Notes under the pieces: generated by a model
The model's database searches: none
What the model was told of the DNA's origin: nothing
What the model saw: the letters and a program-made list of their open reading frames with translations, nothing else
From: Podospora anserina
Taxonomy: Eukaryota
Reading direction: 5' to 3'
Length of the DNA: 64,000 nt
Assembly (NCBI GenBank): GCA_017654855.1
Contig: CM030337.1
Span: 1,798,001 to 1,862,000, forward strand
Part shown: in pieces, positions 1 to 13,083 of the stretch
Numbering within the stretch: position 1 is the first letter of the stretch
How the letters are laid out: each line of letters begins with the position of its first letter
Program-made: the position numbers and the translations under genes

Positions 1-729
1 CAACACAAACCCTCCCGACCCATCCTCAGGCCACCCACCCCCTTGGTCTGTTCTCCTGCTCCTCAACGCCTCCGCCGTCCTAACCATCATACCAACATCA
101 TCCCCTTTAGCTCCCGCAACATGCAAAGTCCTCAATTCCAACCTCCTCACATCATCCAAACCAAACTCCAATATCCAAGGAAACATATCGTGCACCACCT
201 CCCAAGTGATATTCCCCTTCATCTCCTCTATCAACTCAATATCCAGCTTCAACCCAAGCAACGAAGCCTGCCATTGATACAACCAACTCGGTACCCACCC
301 TACCATCATCTTCATAGTGTAGTAAGTCAATCCCGGCCATTGCGCCATGAATAACCGTGCCCTGCTCGCGGGAGCAGCACCTGTCACAAAAAGAGAGAGG
401 ACTAGGTCGGGTTGGTCCAAGGCGAGGCATTGGGCTATGTACCCGCCCATTGAAACACCGACAACATGGGCCTTGCCGCCGTGGGCGTGTGAGCGGATGA
501 GTTGCGCGACGTGCTGGGCTGAGTGGTCGGTGGTGCCTGGTTTGATGTGGCGGGAGGCGGAATGGAGTGGTAGGTCAGGGACGACGAGGTGGAAGTCCGA
601 GAGGTAGGGGATGATGAGGGCGAATTCAAGACGGCAGGTGAAGCCGCCGTGGAGGAGGATGATTGTGGCGGGTTTGTCGTCGTTCCACGACGTGAAGGAT
701 AGCGACGTTGTGGGGGGAGGTGGGGTCAT
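1..729 (-). CDS. alpha/beta-hydrolase fold protein, 3' end runs off the window
   Basis: Manual translation from ATG at 729: MTPPPPTTSLSFTSWNDDKPATIILLHGGFTC...VVPDLPLH...HVVGVSMGGYIAQ, with the oxyanion HGG and the G-x-S-x-G nucleophile elbow. Frame is open to the window edge, so it is absent from the ORF track. Confidence 0.85.
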   Translation of the reverse strand, partial: MTPPPPTTSLSFTSWNDDKPATIILLHGGFTCRLEFALIIPYLSDFHLVVPDLPLHSASRHIKPGTTDHSAQHVAQLIRSHAHGGKAHVVGVSMGGYIAQCLALDQPDLVLSLFVTGAAPASRARLFMAQWPGLTYYTMKMMVGWVPSWLYQWQASLLGLKLDIELIEEMKGNITWEVVHDMFPWILEFGLDDVRRLELRTLHVAGAKGDDVGMMVRTAEALRSRRTDQGGGWPEDGSGGFVL

Positions 730-963
730 GGTGAAGGATGTGAAGCTGGAGTGTTTTTGAGGCTGGAATAGAAAGTGAATTTTGAGTGTAAAGTTGATTT
801 GTCAGAAAGAGAAATAATTAACTCGGATTCAAGTCTAGGCCGAGCGGCCCGTGCGACCGATTGGCTCCGTCTCCATCTATGATAGGCATGCATTTCGAAC
901 CCTTCGTCTGGGTCATTGCCAAAAACCCTCTTCCTCACCATCACAGCACCAAATCTTTGAGAC

Positions 964-1610
964 TCAATTCCCCAAAGAGAGCCCCAGAATGCGCTGCAAA
1001 AGACCCGAAAACCCCCCAGACTCTTCCTCCTCTTCCGTTTCCGGAGATCCTGCAGCTTGCAGTCAGCAACTTCCTCCCTGTGACAGCATCGAACAAAGGC
1101 CAACTTACGCCCAATAACATCAAACTTCGACTTGGTCTTTCCTGGATCAATCGCGCGAGCCGGGATCCCATGCAAACAAATGTACGCCCCTCGCTTGTGA
1201 GATTCTTGCACTTTTGAATCGATCTTGCTTCCAAGACCAAACCGATCGACAAGCGTGCTAAGCTTGAAAAAGTGGACATCTGTGAGCGTTGACGTGTCGA
1301 TGGTGAGAATAAACCAGTCGTCTTCACCTGGCTCGCTTCTGCCCCATCTTTCCAGACAGAGTGCCCATCTTACGGCGTGCTGCTCGACCGAAAAGAACGT
1401 TATGAAAGGTGTCGGGCGCGTGCTACTCCAGTCGAAGTGATCCGCAACGGCGTCTTTGAAGAGTTGAGTAGCTCTGATTCTCGCGAATTGCGTGGTTGTG
1501 TCCCGGGCTTTGAGTCCACTGGTCTTGTTGTACAGTCCTGTATTTCCTCGGTATTGCACCCGGTAAAGATAACGCGGGAGGTCGCCGGGTGGGTGTCGAT
1601 ATGTGTCCAT
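964..1610 (-). CDS. DUF7587-like / ART-like protein, copy 1 (apparently intact; one intron 1108-1050)
   Basis: MDTYRH...LYRVQYRG...PTPFITFFS...AVRWA...ILTIDT...GAYICLHGIPARAI. Intron GTAAGT...GCTGAC...CAG gives an acidic tail RSPETEEEEESGG. An upstream in-frame ATG at 1706 is possible. Confidence 0.7.
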
Positions 1611-3510
1611 TGTTGATGTGCTCTCGACACTTTCTCGCCAAGCGGAAATTTCCTTGGATAACTCAGGTGCCAATAAGTAGTTGTTGAAGGGGAACGCCCC
1701 TGGCATTTAAGCCTTTGATCGTCGGGGGTTTCAATGTCGAAACTTCACCTGATAAGATGCGCAGTTTAACTAGCGAAGGATAAATAGTTGTGTGATTCAG
1801 CAGAGCCCCACGCACATGGTTGGTCGAGAGAGACACACATCGATGTACCTAAGTTAGCTAACCCAACAGACTCGGGGCCAGATAACAGAAAGAGAAGGTG
1901 TTGCGATGGTCTAGTGGTCGCCCAGCCTCCTCAGCCCAGAGCCTTTGCCTGGCTCAGTCTGGTGGTTGCTTGGCTTCACCAAACTTCGTGACAAGGCTGT
2001 GACGGCGACCTAAAAGGGGATAACATTAGTTCCAGGGCTCTCCGAGCTGAGAGCCAAGACAATAGCAGTCTGCAGCCAGAACCACTGCCTTTTCCCTCAC
2101 TACCACCACCACTTACCAATACTACGTATTGCCCACACTTCGATGCCTTCCATACATCCCACTCTCAATTTGTGGTCGGGTACTTGGGAAGGTCAAGCGG
2201 GAATGGGCGATGTGTGGAGTTGCTGTTTGGAAAGGTCGGATGGAATGCTGTGGGTTGCTACTGATTTGGGCTATATTTCGATCAGATCTCCAGCCGGCCA
2301 GTCAGTGCTGTCCATGGAGAAAGGGTGAAGGTAAGATAAATAACAGCCTCATTCCTTGCCAAGTTGGTAGGTACTCAGATCGCTTCCATGGCGAGCTTTT
2401 CCCTCTTGAACTTTTGGCTTCGAAGCAGGTTGTTGGCCTTGTAGCGGGGCGAACAGTGATGGTTTGGTAACAGCATTATGAACCACATTACCTCATCTTC
2501 AAACTTCTTGATCTACCTACAATATTATGCTGCGGGCTGTAAATCCTGTTGCATTTTAAGCCATTTCTACCTGTTTCAACCTGGGCAGAATTTGAGTACC
2601 TAGGTAGCCAAGTTTGCAAACGTGGGTACTACCTACGGACCTATGACATGGCCATACTGGCTGGGTGTGGTGCTCCATGCGCCTGCCTTTTCGTCAGACC
2701 CACACTCTGGTTGCTCTTTACGGCTTTGTTTTGTTTCTATAGCTTTTTCGTTCTGTTAGATTTCATCACCATCACCACTTTTGTCGTCGTATTTTGCCTC
2801 ATTTTTGGTGCCAGTGACCCTGTCCCAGAACTAGGCCTACCCTATGCGAAGCATGGGGCTACACGGCCAATAATTTCGTAGGCTTAGCGAGCAACATAAG
2901 GTTAGCAACGCATGAACCCGAACGGATTTCAAGACCACATCCATCACCGAATGGCCGAACAGGCAGCGTTAATGTTAATGGTAGTGCTAAGCTACCTAGG
3001 TTTGATAGGCTAACCTATGTCGGTAGATAGATTGACACGAGACCCCTACAATCCAAGATGAAATCTCCGTCGGGCTTTCATATCACTGTGAAAAATCAAA
3101 GGGCTCACAATTCCACATGCTTAGTGTCTGTAGCAAAACGGGGGGAGGCAAAGGCTTCCACACTTGGCAACGGAGACATACCCAAAAGGCAGGCCTATCC
3201 TTGGGAAGATCTCACAGTTATCCAAGCTAGCTGGCGGATAAGAAAATCTCGTTCATCATACCTTCCTAAAGAGGGACCGAGTGAAGAAGGAACAACACGG
3301 AGATTTACCTAGGGAAGAGATCTTCGCACCGCTAGGTGGATGAGAGGGTTCAAGCAGAAGTCAGTGACTGCCTACCTAAGCTGACCACAACTCCCAATAG
3401 CAAATTCCTTTCTCTTCAACTGTCAGCTTCTCTCAATCTTACTTCTTCGAGCTGATCCTTACCCACTACCTCACTGAGAACATTTCAGTCCATCGATAGC
3501 ACCGTCCATC

Positions 3511-4071
3511 ATGGTAGGCGCCCTTCTTTGGTATTACACCGATGAGTAGGTACTGACAACTCGATCAACAGAAGCTCACCTCGCCGCCCCCATCCTTGCC
3601 GCCCTCACCGGCATCCAAGGCGTCCTCTCCGCCCCGGCAGCAAACTCCACCTCTGAGGCCCCCGATGCGATTGACTTCCTCTTCAAAAGACAAAGCAACT
3701 TGAGAGGCGAGTGGGACTGCCAGTTTGTCAACGCGGGCTGGAACCATGCAGCTCTCCGGGCCGACCACCAGGCATTCAACAGTGTCTTTGGCGATGCCCG
3801 CCTTACAGCGGCAGCGGGATAGTGCTACGTCGGCAGGTGCAACGGACGCGACTTTACATGGTGCAACACGTCTGCTACCACACGGACCGAGGTTTCCAAC
3901 CAGCAAAACATTGTCGCCGACACCAATCCCGGCACCGGGAAGAACTGCATGTATGAAAACGGGTCTATTCATGTGGGATACTGGTGGGGGGCATCAGGAA
4001 GGGCTCAGGTATACCAAAGCGGATATTTGGAGATGCTAGATGAAGACGGGAAAGGCGTCGGTTGGCAGTGA
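3511..4071 (+). pseudogene. degraded small secreted Cys-containing protein gene
   Basis: ATG|intron|AAGCTC..., then a frameshift into LAAPILAALTGIQGVLSAP...FLFKR (signal peptide + Kex2 site) and mature QSNLRGEWDC...AAAG*CYVGRCNGRDFTWCN with an in-frame TAG at 3820-3822. Confidence 0.6.
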
Positions 4072-5167
4072 TGTGGGAGTTTGATGATGAAGATTTTTTG
4101 ATGTTGGTAGTAAAGGTCGTAACAAAGTATGTTATACAAGACTTTGGTCAGTAATTTCGTTCATTGATTATCTGTGAAATGACACACATGGTCCAATGTC
4201 ACAACTTGCAGCCTGTTAATTAAGGCACAACTTCACTGAAGGAAGCTTCTGGCAATCACATCAACACTGAAACTTTTGCTTCCACGCCCCACTACATAAC
4301 ATTAGACGTTGTCAAAAAGCTTGAGCCTATTGGCTCTGCACTGCAGTATAAAATCGCTGCCGCCTTTCTCACTTCATGCAACCTCCTCTTCTTCTCGTCT
4401 TCAGTAGGTATCATTGTACAGGTAAGGTACGTACTCCTTCCAACGTCGCTCCCCATCAAAACATCTTATCCCCTTATACTCAAAAAGAAATGCGTCCTCA
4501 GAATCCAATTTCTTATCATGGAAAAAAATAAAAATCTTCCGACGGTGTTCGAACTGTCGTACGTAGAAGCAAGCGCGCATGCCTCGAGTATTTCATCATT
4601 GAACACATCAAACCATTTGGCCGGTTTCGTTGAACTGGATTGAGTTTATATGAGAGCCAAAGAACTTGTGGGCAAATCTGTTGATATTAGTGATGCCTAC
4701 TGGAAAAGAACTGGGAAAGGAAGGAAAAGGCCGTGGCTCAGGCTGCAAGAAGAAGAGCAAGGCAGTGAGTGGATGGTCAGTGCCCACGCCGCACAGTTTA
4801 AATGTGTTCCTGGCTCCTTCTTGGGGAAGGAACGAACGTAGAAAGATGATCATGGGGGCGGAAGGGGCGGTGGTTTCCAAAGGGCAGGTGGGAGGGGACC
4901 ATGTCAGCCGAAGCTTAATCGAGGAAGGAGGGACTGGGGAGCAGTGAAGTAACTTGACGGTGGTGATATCCAAAAGCATTGTCACAAAACTTGCTGGAAG
5001 CGACATCAGCTTGGGGTTGATAGAGATCTCACAAAGAATTTGCTGGATCGGGGTCTGTCACTTTCTGCAGCTGCTGGAAGGTTGGTTACATTGAACTTAT
5101 CAAATAAAGCGGATGAAAAACCAACAACAAACACACTCGCCCTCCTCTCCTCAAGTCTTCCCAGAAC

Positions 5168-6608
5168 TTATACATATACATGACAAAACAACCCCCCAAA
5201 CCCCCCAAGCCCATCATGCGCCTCAATAACAGGAATCACATCAGGCGCAAGCCACTTCAAATCAAGCTTCCTCGTCGCAGCATCCCTCCCACCAAGCGTC
5301 ACCTGCGCATTAACCCTCTTCTCCGGATCCATCATCTGCCAAATCCACCACAACCTATCCAGCGACGCGTGATGAAAATAAAAGATTGGGTCCCCAGGTG
5401 AAACCATCGGATCGCCACCGGGGTCTCCCCCCGATATGTAATGACCAGCTGTGTGGATCCCAAAGTTGTACGGATCGCTCACGTTCCGGGGTGGTGTGAG
5501 CAAGGTGTTGTAGAAGGTGTTGATGTCCTTGGACTTGGTGAGGAGGTTGTACGCGCGGTCTGCCGTGGCGCCGAGGGCCGCGTCGACGCTGATGTCGCGG
5601 CGCATGCAGCGAGGGTTGTACCCGGTGCCGTTGGAGATTGGGTTTCTGGGCACGTTGTTCATGACGGGGGCGCCGGGACCGATGTTGGCTGTGTACCTGT
5701 TGGAAGAAAGCTAGTTAGATACCTAAAGTGGCAGTGGATAGATGTCGAAGAAGGAACGAACTCTGTGAAGGGGCCGTCAACAACGCATCCACCTCCGCCG
5801 CCCGGTTTGATCGTTCCGGTACCGGTGCGAAGGCCGGTGTACTTGGGGTCCGGCAAGCCGTTGCCACCCATACTTGTCGCGTTGCCGTTGAAGAGGGCTG
5901 AATTCTTTGGATCTTTGGTGTAGCGGTCGTAGTTCATGTACTTTTCATCATCAAGAACAGTTAGCAAACCTTCGACGAGGAAGGCAAGGGATCCGTCATA
6001 CCGGGTGATATCCCTTATAGCCACACTCGTTACGAAGAGCCGTCTCATACGCAAGCAAGAAATACTTGTGGGCAGGGAACAAGCCAATCGTGTCGTGCAG
6101 AGAACCGGCATTCGTCAGGTGATAGGCCATGAAATCGTCGTACCGGGTCCGAGCTCCTGGGAACTGGCTCTTGGGCGCCTTGGATGGCGCCTTCATCAGG
6201 CAGAGCGTGGCGTTGATGAAGTCGGATCGTTGTTCGATGGTCATGTCGCCCCTGAGATACAAGTTAAATCTGGGGCAATCACTGAGGGTTAGGTAGAAGG
6301 TTGCCATACCACTCTCTCCGTACTCCCGCGTTCTCCAGTGTGCAGCCGTTGTTCTTGCCCGCGGCGATCTTCTGGCTCATGTACGCATCAACCTTGGCCA
6401 TGGTCTCGTCCGACAGCTTGTCGACGACATCTAAGGGGTAGAAGCCGTTGCGTTGTCTGGTATGAGGTCAGTCATAACCACAGATGGCAACCGGAGCTCC
6501 AACTGATAATGACACTCACACGTTCACTTTGGTTCTCCAATCCCTTGGAGCCACCACTCCGGCAAGAGCCGAGGGCACCAAGATTGCAACACTCCAAATA
6601 GACCGCAT
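5168..6608 (-). CDS. secreted tyrosinase / di-copper-centre protein (multi-exon)
   Basis: Signal-like MRSIWSVAILVPSALAG; CuA region RYDDFMAYHLTNAGSLHDTIGLFPAHKYFLLAYETALRNECGY; CuB region HTAGHYISGG...SPGDPIFYFHHASLDRLWWIWQ. Confidence 0.88.
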
Positions 6609-7538
6609 TTTTGCGCACTTGGTTTTGTTGATCAAAGCTCCAGCGTCTCTGGCGGCCAGAACCTGATGGGGATTTCAGGTTGGAGGGACATTTTGTAGAA
6701 TACACGGACATTCTCCTTGCCAGCATTTCAAAGTGATGGAGGGGACAGGCAATTCCGTACGCGTCGACTCTATATGACGACCTTTAAATTCGATGCTATC
6801 ATTGGACTGGTTATTAAACTAGTCCCTGTAGGTGGTCCGGCATATGAGATTCTGCTGGTTGAGGTCGAACCTTAAACTGCCGTCCTTCCGAGCCGTGTTT
6901 TAAGATAGATGCCTAACCCCAGAGTTTTGGTCACCCGATTAGGTTACATGTTTTCTTTCGTGCAGGGTTCTAGTTGTGCGACGGTTGAACTGATGATAGA
7001 ACAGGTATGGTTGGTGAGGTCGGTTTCGTTTTGATCAGCAGGGCATGAACATCTCAAGTTCAATGCGATAGCTGGACGTACCTGAGGTATCTGGTTGTAC
7101 AACTTTCTTATAGACGGACTGGTTTCATGATTCCATACACCTTAGCAGCATCAAGCATACATGGGTATGGGGGCATTATCACAGCAGCTAATCTCAATAT
7201 GTGGTCGTGGTACCACTCGTAACATCCTGATATATGCTGCTGGGAAGAACTCGATAACTCCTACGCAATCATCCGCGGCAACCTTCCCTCTCCCCGCAGC
7301 CGCCATCTATCTGATGGTAACCAATGACGATCCATTAGATTGTGCTGGCGTTGCTTGTTCCGTTAGCTACCCCCTTTGCCGTTCAGCCGAGAGATTCCAT
7401 GCCGGCAGTTCCCCCCTGTCGTGAGACTCCCACCACATTCACACCATATATGAGACTCGACCGTCAGATAAGTACCTACACACAAAGAAAGTGTTGTTAA
7501 AACTGGTTGAGTTTAATTCGGAATCTAACGGACAAAAA

Positions 7539-8088
7539 ATGCACATCGCTAATTTCCGCGTGGCTCTCCTCTGCGGAGTCACCCTCGCAAATCAAGACTG
7601 CACCACAACCTCCCAATCCCCTTCTTACTGGAGCATCAATGACCTGGTATTAAAGGTCTACGACTGGGACAAGGGTGGTTCGATGGGAACATTTGGGTTT
7701 ACATCATTTTCCTCAGCAACAAACAAGACGGTGGAGTGTCTGGCTCAGGACGTTGATCTAGCAAACTTGTGGGAGGATGGGTCGTGGTCAAAGTGCAGTG
7801 ATCCTAGGGTAGAGTTTCGGTTTGATTTCGAGGAGATGAGCTTGAGTTTGAAGGAAACGTGGACGTGTGAAGGGTCTCCGGGGTGAGTACCTTACCTACC
7901 TATGCCGTACCATCAGGCGTTGAGAACTTGGCTGATATTTGCGTAGAGTTACCTTCAATGCCAACGCGACAGGACTTATGATGTTGCATGGTTGTCTGGA
8001 TAGTGATACAGATAAGGGTGTTGAGTCTGATTGTTATGTCATGGAGTTTGACATGGCGGGTGATGTTACCTCTTCAGCGGTGATATAG
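7539..8088 (+). CDS. small secreted beta-rich protein, possibly Alt a 1 (AA1)-like; one intron
   Basis: MHIANFRVALLCGVTLANQDC...WSINDL...TVEC...WSKC...FRFD...LSLKETWTC; intron GTGAGT...TAG; exon 2 VTFNANATG...CYVMEFDMAGDV. Confidence 0.6.
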
Positions 8089-8250
8089 TTGATTATTGCA
8101 ATGTCTTTCTCAGGCTGAGCGATGATCATATTTATGAGAAGGCGTCTCGATCAAATTTTCATTGTAATTAAGTTCATTGTGTATCTATCGCAAACATGAA
8201 CCGAGAAAGCATAAACATTAGCCATTACATAATAATGAACCTTCACTCCT

Positions 8251-9648
8251 TCAAACAGCTCGAAACCCATCACCAGCTGTCCCTGTATTCGGGTCAGGTC
8301 GCTGAAGGGACACGGGCGACTGAGTCTGGACAGAAGTCTGCATCGGACTAATGACAACAGTCCCAGACCCCATTGATGCGAGCACTGCGTTTGGATTACC
8401 CAACACCGGCCCGGAAGAAGCAGCCGTAGTCCCACCAACCACCGAGGAAGGAGGACCAGGATAAACCGGCAGAGGCGTATCGTCCTCCACCCGCCGACCT
8501 CCTGTCCCAGCTCCTCCATTACCACCGCCAGTATCTCCACGTCTTTCCGTCTCGATGTTCTCCCCATGACGCCTCGGCTTTCTTTCCCCCAGCCAATCCA
8601 CCGGGTACCGTTGCCTGAATCCGAACTGAAACCACAATTTGATCTTCATTTTAAGGGGCATCGCCTTCCACTGCTCCCTCAGCTCAGACTGGTCCTCCGG
8701 CTTCCTTGCATCCTCTACGATTGTAAACCCAATAGTAAAAATGAAGATTAATATCCAGCAAACCGTTCCCAACCGGAGGGCCGTCCTGCCCATCATCAGC
8801 CGCCCGAACCAAAAGAAGTTTTCGACAAATCCAAGAAGAAAGACGGACGGGATGACAGTCGCGATGATGACCTTCCACGGCTCGACCTTGCTGCACTTCC
8901 CGGCGTAAGTATAAGGGCAGCGTTCCTCTTGAGTCAGCGGTCGCGGCCCGCCAGGGCGATGGCACTCCTGGACGTAAGTTGTGTTGAGGCTGCTGACAAC
9001 CGAGTCATAGTATGTGCGTGCATGAGGGCCACCGTGGCGGGTTGGGGGTAGATCAGTCGGCTTGACGTGGATCTCCCTGACTAGTGATGGGTTGTATCCC
9101 TTTGTCGAATGCGTCTGGACTGGGAGGACGGTGGCTTTGGGGAGCATGTACTCGGTGAGGAATTCGGACGGGAACCAGCCGGCCCAGGGTTGGAGGCTGG
9201 TGGATGTGGTAAACTCGAACGGGGTTGGGCAGCTGGCTGGGGCGGTGAGGATGTGGTCAATGATCCAAAGGTCGGTCGTGAATTGGGACCGAGTTGATGG
9301 CGATGGCAACTGGGACCAGTCTTCTAGCTCTGACCGGGGGATGGCGTCAGTGGGCAGAACGATGGTGGACATCACAATGTCCCAATCGATATTGGTTATT
9401 GCTATTGAGAACGCGGGTGTGACACCGGTGGGGATGTTGGTATGTTTCACTGTAAAGCGGCGTAGACCGTAGGTCTTGCTGCATGATCTTGTCCCAGTTA
9501 AAACCTCCGGATTGCAGCCGTACGGCAAGTAGGATGTTGCATAGGCCTGTAACTCTGTGCCAGTCCACCCAGTCCACTCGCTGGCCAGCGCTCGCTGAAA
9601 CCCAGTGGCCATGATGGCCAGTGAGGCCAATGTGCCCGTTCGTTGCAT
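8251..9648 (-). CDS. membrane protein: signal peptide, S/T-rich ectodomain, two TM helices, low-complexity tail
   Basis: 495-aa ORF (likely ATG 9648); hydrophobic segments VIIATVIPSVFLLGFV and VCWILIFIFTIGFTIV; PVYPGPP motif in the tail. Confidence 0.7.
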   Translation of the reverse strand: MQRTGTLASLAIMATGFQRALASEWTGWTGTELQAYATSYLPYGCNPEVLTGTRSCSKTYGLRRFTVKHTNIPTGVTPAFSIAITNIDWDIVMSTIVLPTDAIPRSELEDWSQLPSPSTRSQFTTDLWIIDHILTAPASCPTPFEFTTSTSLQPWAGWFPSEFLTEYMLPKATVLPVQTHSTKGYNPSLVREIHVKPTDLPPTRHGGPHARTYYDSVVSSLNTTYVQECHRPGGPRPLTQEERCPYTYAGKCSKVEPWKVIIATVIPSVFLLGFVENFFWFGRLMMGRTALRLGTVCWILIFIFTIGFTIVEDARKPEDQSELREQWKAMPLKMKIKLWFQFGFRQRYPVDWLGERKPRRHGENIETERRGDTGGGNGGAGTGGRRVEDDTPLPVYPGPPSSVVGGTTAASSGPVLGNPNAVLASMGSGTVVISPMQTSVQTQSPVSLQRPDPNTGTAGDGFRAV

Positions 9649-10456
9649 GATAAAGATGCAAGGAATGGAAAGAGAGAAGAGATCATTACGAAGACAGCAA
9701 GGGATTCCGATGCTTTTATGAGGCCCATGCATTGTCAAAAGAGATGAGGCCTTGGCAACAGGGAACTAACGTCGGAACAGATGATTTTTCCCCGTAGTCC
9801 ATCCAACCATAGGGCAGAATTTGGAGTGCCAAGGTGATGCCAAACCAACCAAGCTCAATAGCCATATGATAGGGCTGATTCGGTCGCGAAACCACCCCCC
9901 ACCCCCATCAAGCAAACCTGGACCCAAAAGCCATGTGTGTGTGTGTGTATCATCAGTCTCACTATCGTCGTAAGTGAGGGCTTCGGATTGATGTGTGCTC
10001 CTTGCTCAGAGGTGAGGTCAAGGGGCCCCAAAGCATTCGAAGCAAGGTCCACCCGATTACCAAATGTTGTCGCAATAAAGACTTAACACTAAGATATGCT
10101 GAAATTCCTGGGATAGATCCGATGGCCTTACTCGGAGTAAGCTGCTCCCTAGTTGTTATTCTCCCCATTTAGGCAGCTGGTTGCATCGGACTCAATGTCG
10201 TGTCGAAGATTGCTTGTTTTGTGACGGTAGCGGCTATCGTGATTGGTCAATGGTTGTGCAACTATCCTGAAGCCTCCGGACTATGTGACGGGCTTGGAGA
10301 GGCGTCATAGAGTTCAAGAGGAACCGTCCCTGATCGCCCCGGAGTCCGCTTGGAGCTCGGGCCATCTGGACTGCTTTATTATTAGGGTTTCCGGCAGTTC
10401 GTCTGGCCGTTAATTTCTTCAATCTAACCAATATTGCTATCATTACCTCAGACATT

Positions 10457-12693
10457 ATGGCACAACCAAGCCTAACAGGACTACCGAATGAGCTTCTCCT
10501 GCGCATCTGTTAACTCCCCTCCGACTCGCACTTTCCTGGTCTGAAAGCGCTTGCACAAGCCAATAAACATTCTTTCTCCGTTGCTGTCGCTGCCCTTATC
10601 GACACTATTACCTTCTATATTGATAAACCCGCTCCATTGGCTTAAGTTGTTGAGGGCTATAAACGAGCACTCCAGATACGGAACCATAATTTGTTCGCCG
10701 CCTCATTATCGTCGGTCGCATGAGACAGTCAGACACCGAGACCAATCCGTTTTACGCTGGATATGCAAACCGATCCTGGCATTTATCACTGCCCTCGACC
10801 ACAGACTTCGACACAACTCGCGCGAATCTGCATAGTTTCCTTTCCGGGTCTACGAACCGACACGGCGCGATCCCTTTAACTCCAACACTTAAACCCCGGC
10901 TTCTTCGTCAAATGGATACGCCAGCCAGGCAGGCCTATGAGGGTGATCGGCATTAGCAATCATTGGCAGCCCTCATCTCCCAGCTTCCGTGCCTACAAGA
11001 TGTTGTCTATCGATGCCCGTCACAGTTCCCACCTTGCTTGCTCATGGCATTGCACGCCAAGCAAATAAAAGCTCATTTACATCTTCAAATGTTCAGACTG
11101 TGCAGCGCCTTCGACAACTCGCCAACGATTGATCCTCACGAGTGGAACGTCATCACTTCTCCATGTCTCTACAGTGTCTGGGTTCGGTACTACAACATGT
11201 CATATAATAATAAAAACAACCCTAGACTCTACTCCCTCCAGCTGCGTGTTCTCGAGTGGGATGCTCAAGCAGCCGCTGGCCTTAGCCGGCCTAAAAGAAG
11301 TCTATATAATCTACGACTATACCGCCGAACTGGCTTCCTTCGGCAATCCTGACAAGCATCCAGACGAATATCGTGTATGTCGCAACGCGTCTCGCAACCC
11401 AGTCAAAAAATCCCAGGAGGCCACGGGGGTCACCCTTTTCCGAAAGGCCGATTGACACATCTAAACCTCAGCCACAGTATACACGCGTGCGAAACACAAG
11501 ATCATATTCATACCGGGGATTGGACAACCCCCCTTGGGCAACTTGAGACTAGGGACGGGCCGTGGAATGCTTTGACAGATTTCGCTCTGCTGCAGAGCTT
11601 GACTCTGGATCATGCAGTTTCTGCAAAACAGCTTATCGCGCTAACAATAACGTCCTTCCTCGCACTTCAGCAGCCTTTCGTTAGCCTGCGAATTACCACG
11701 GCGCGACGGATCTCGTGTGCCCCTCACACCAGTGGAGGCCGATTACTACCAAGAGGTCGCTCGTTTCCTGGACAGCCTGCCCTCTCTAAGGGCGCTCGAA
11801 ATCACTGGATGAGATCATTCCGTCTTTAGATTCTGCTTCGATTGTCCCAGATTGTAGAGCCTCTCGCTGCTTCCCTTACGAAAATAGGAAGGCCAAAGCC
11901 CCGTCGGTTATATGCAGAACTACGTTACTATTCAGGGTCTAGCTATGCTCACCAGGTCTTTTCTAGCGCTAACCGATCTCGCCGTTTTAATTACGAGGTC
12001 AAGAGGAGATGCTACAGAGATTGCCTGTTACAAGTTAATTAGTGACAATCGTCCCCAACTGCACCGCCTGACGCTGATGCTAGATTGCTTACCTCCAAGG
12101 CACATTCAGTCAAGCGGCCAGCATGACAAGCAAGCCATACCTCTGGTGAAGCCGTACCCATTAACACCCGTGTCTCGCATTCCTCCCTCTATAGTCTCCA
12201 TCCTAGACCAAGACAGAGATGAGACCGCTGATGACTATTGGCGTGTACAGGACTACCGCAACGGACACGTCTACGACATTTTCATAAACAGTGCCCTCAA
12301 CGCCTTCCTGGCTCGAGACATCTTTTCCGCGGTGAGGGGCAACGTGGATACCTTACTTGTATAATCTTATAGAGGCGAGAATCTGTCACAAAAAGGACCA
12401 CCGCCACGTTGCGGCATGTGGTTTAACGGGCGCTCAAGGGATCCTGCCGGGCACCTACTCAAACCATTTCTTCATGCCATTTCCAAATCGTGGATAGTGG
12501 AACGAATGAACAGCCAGCTGGTGGTTACGGAACTCACCAGCGAGGAGCCTGACAAGTGGCTGAAGAATTCGTTGAGCCTTAAATCATGGAAAGGTCATGG
12601 ACTATTTCAGGCGTGTGTGGCCTGCGAAAAAGGCCGGGAGTGGAGGGTGGTGGGGAGACTGGGAGAGCTGAGGTATTCAGATTGGATAGAATC
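10457..12693 (+). pseudogene. F-box-like / LRR-like protein pseudogene
   Basis: Begins MAQPSLTGLPNELLLRIC (F-box-like); coding-like blocks continue in changing frames (10963-11352, 11377-11829, 11912-12364, 12416-) with stops; ends in a W-rich RRVWPAKK...WWGDWES segment. Confidence 0.55.
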
Positions 12694-13083
12694 GGCTTGC
12701 GACGGTACTTTCTTTTCTGGTTCTGCGGTACAAATTTACGGTCAGCAGTCATTCTGCAATGCGATTTATCAGTTAGATTGAAGTCCGATCTTGTCATTGG
12801 ACTCACTTCAACCCTCTTTTACAAGCTCCTGGAAGGATTTTCTGCAGTTGGATCCCAGGCTGAATCAGGCAGGTGGAAATATCGTGGGATGGACGATGCC
12901 ACCCCATCGCCCCGTAAGCTTCCGGAATGGGACCGGGAATGATACTGTTGAGCGGGGGGCCAGAGCCTCGTTGGCAATAAATACATATCATGTCCTTAAT
13001 TTTTTTTATTTAAAAAAAAGCAGCTTTCCTTTGTGAGACTCATCCTGTCTAAGGTACCTTAGAGATCCAAGAATTTAAACATC

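Noticed and set aside
726-1706. 326-aa ORF as one protein
   Set aside because: It reads through an intron (1108-1050); the spliced product stops at 964 and the remaining C-terminal part is non-coding read-through.
4608-5006. 132-aa minus-strand ORF
   Set aside because: No recognisable motif, codon bias or splice structure; may be a relic but cannot be supported.
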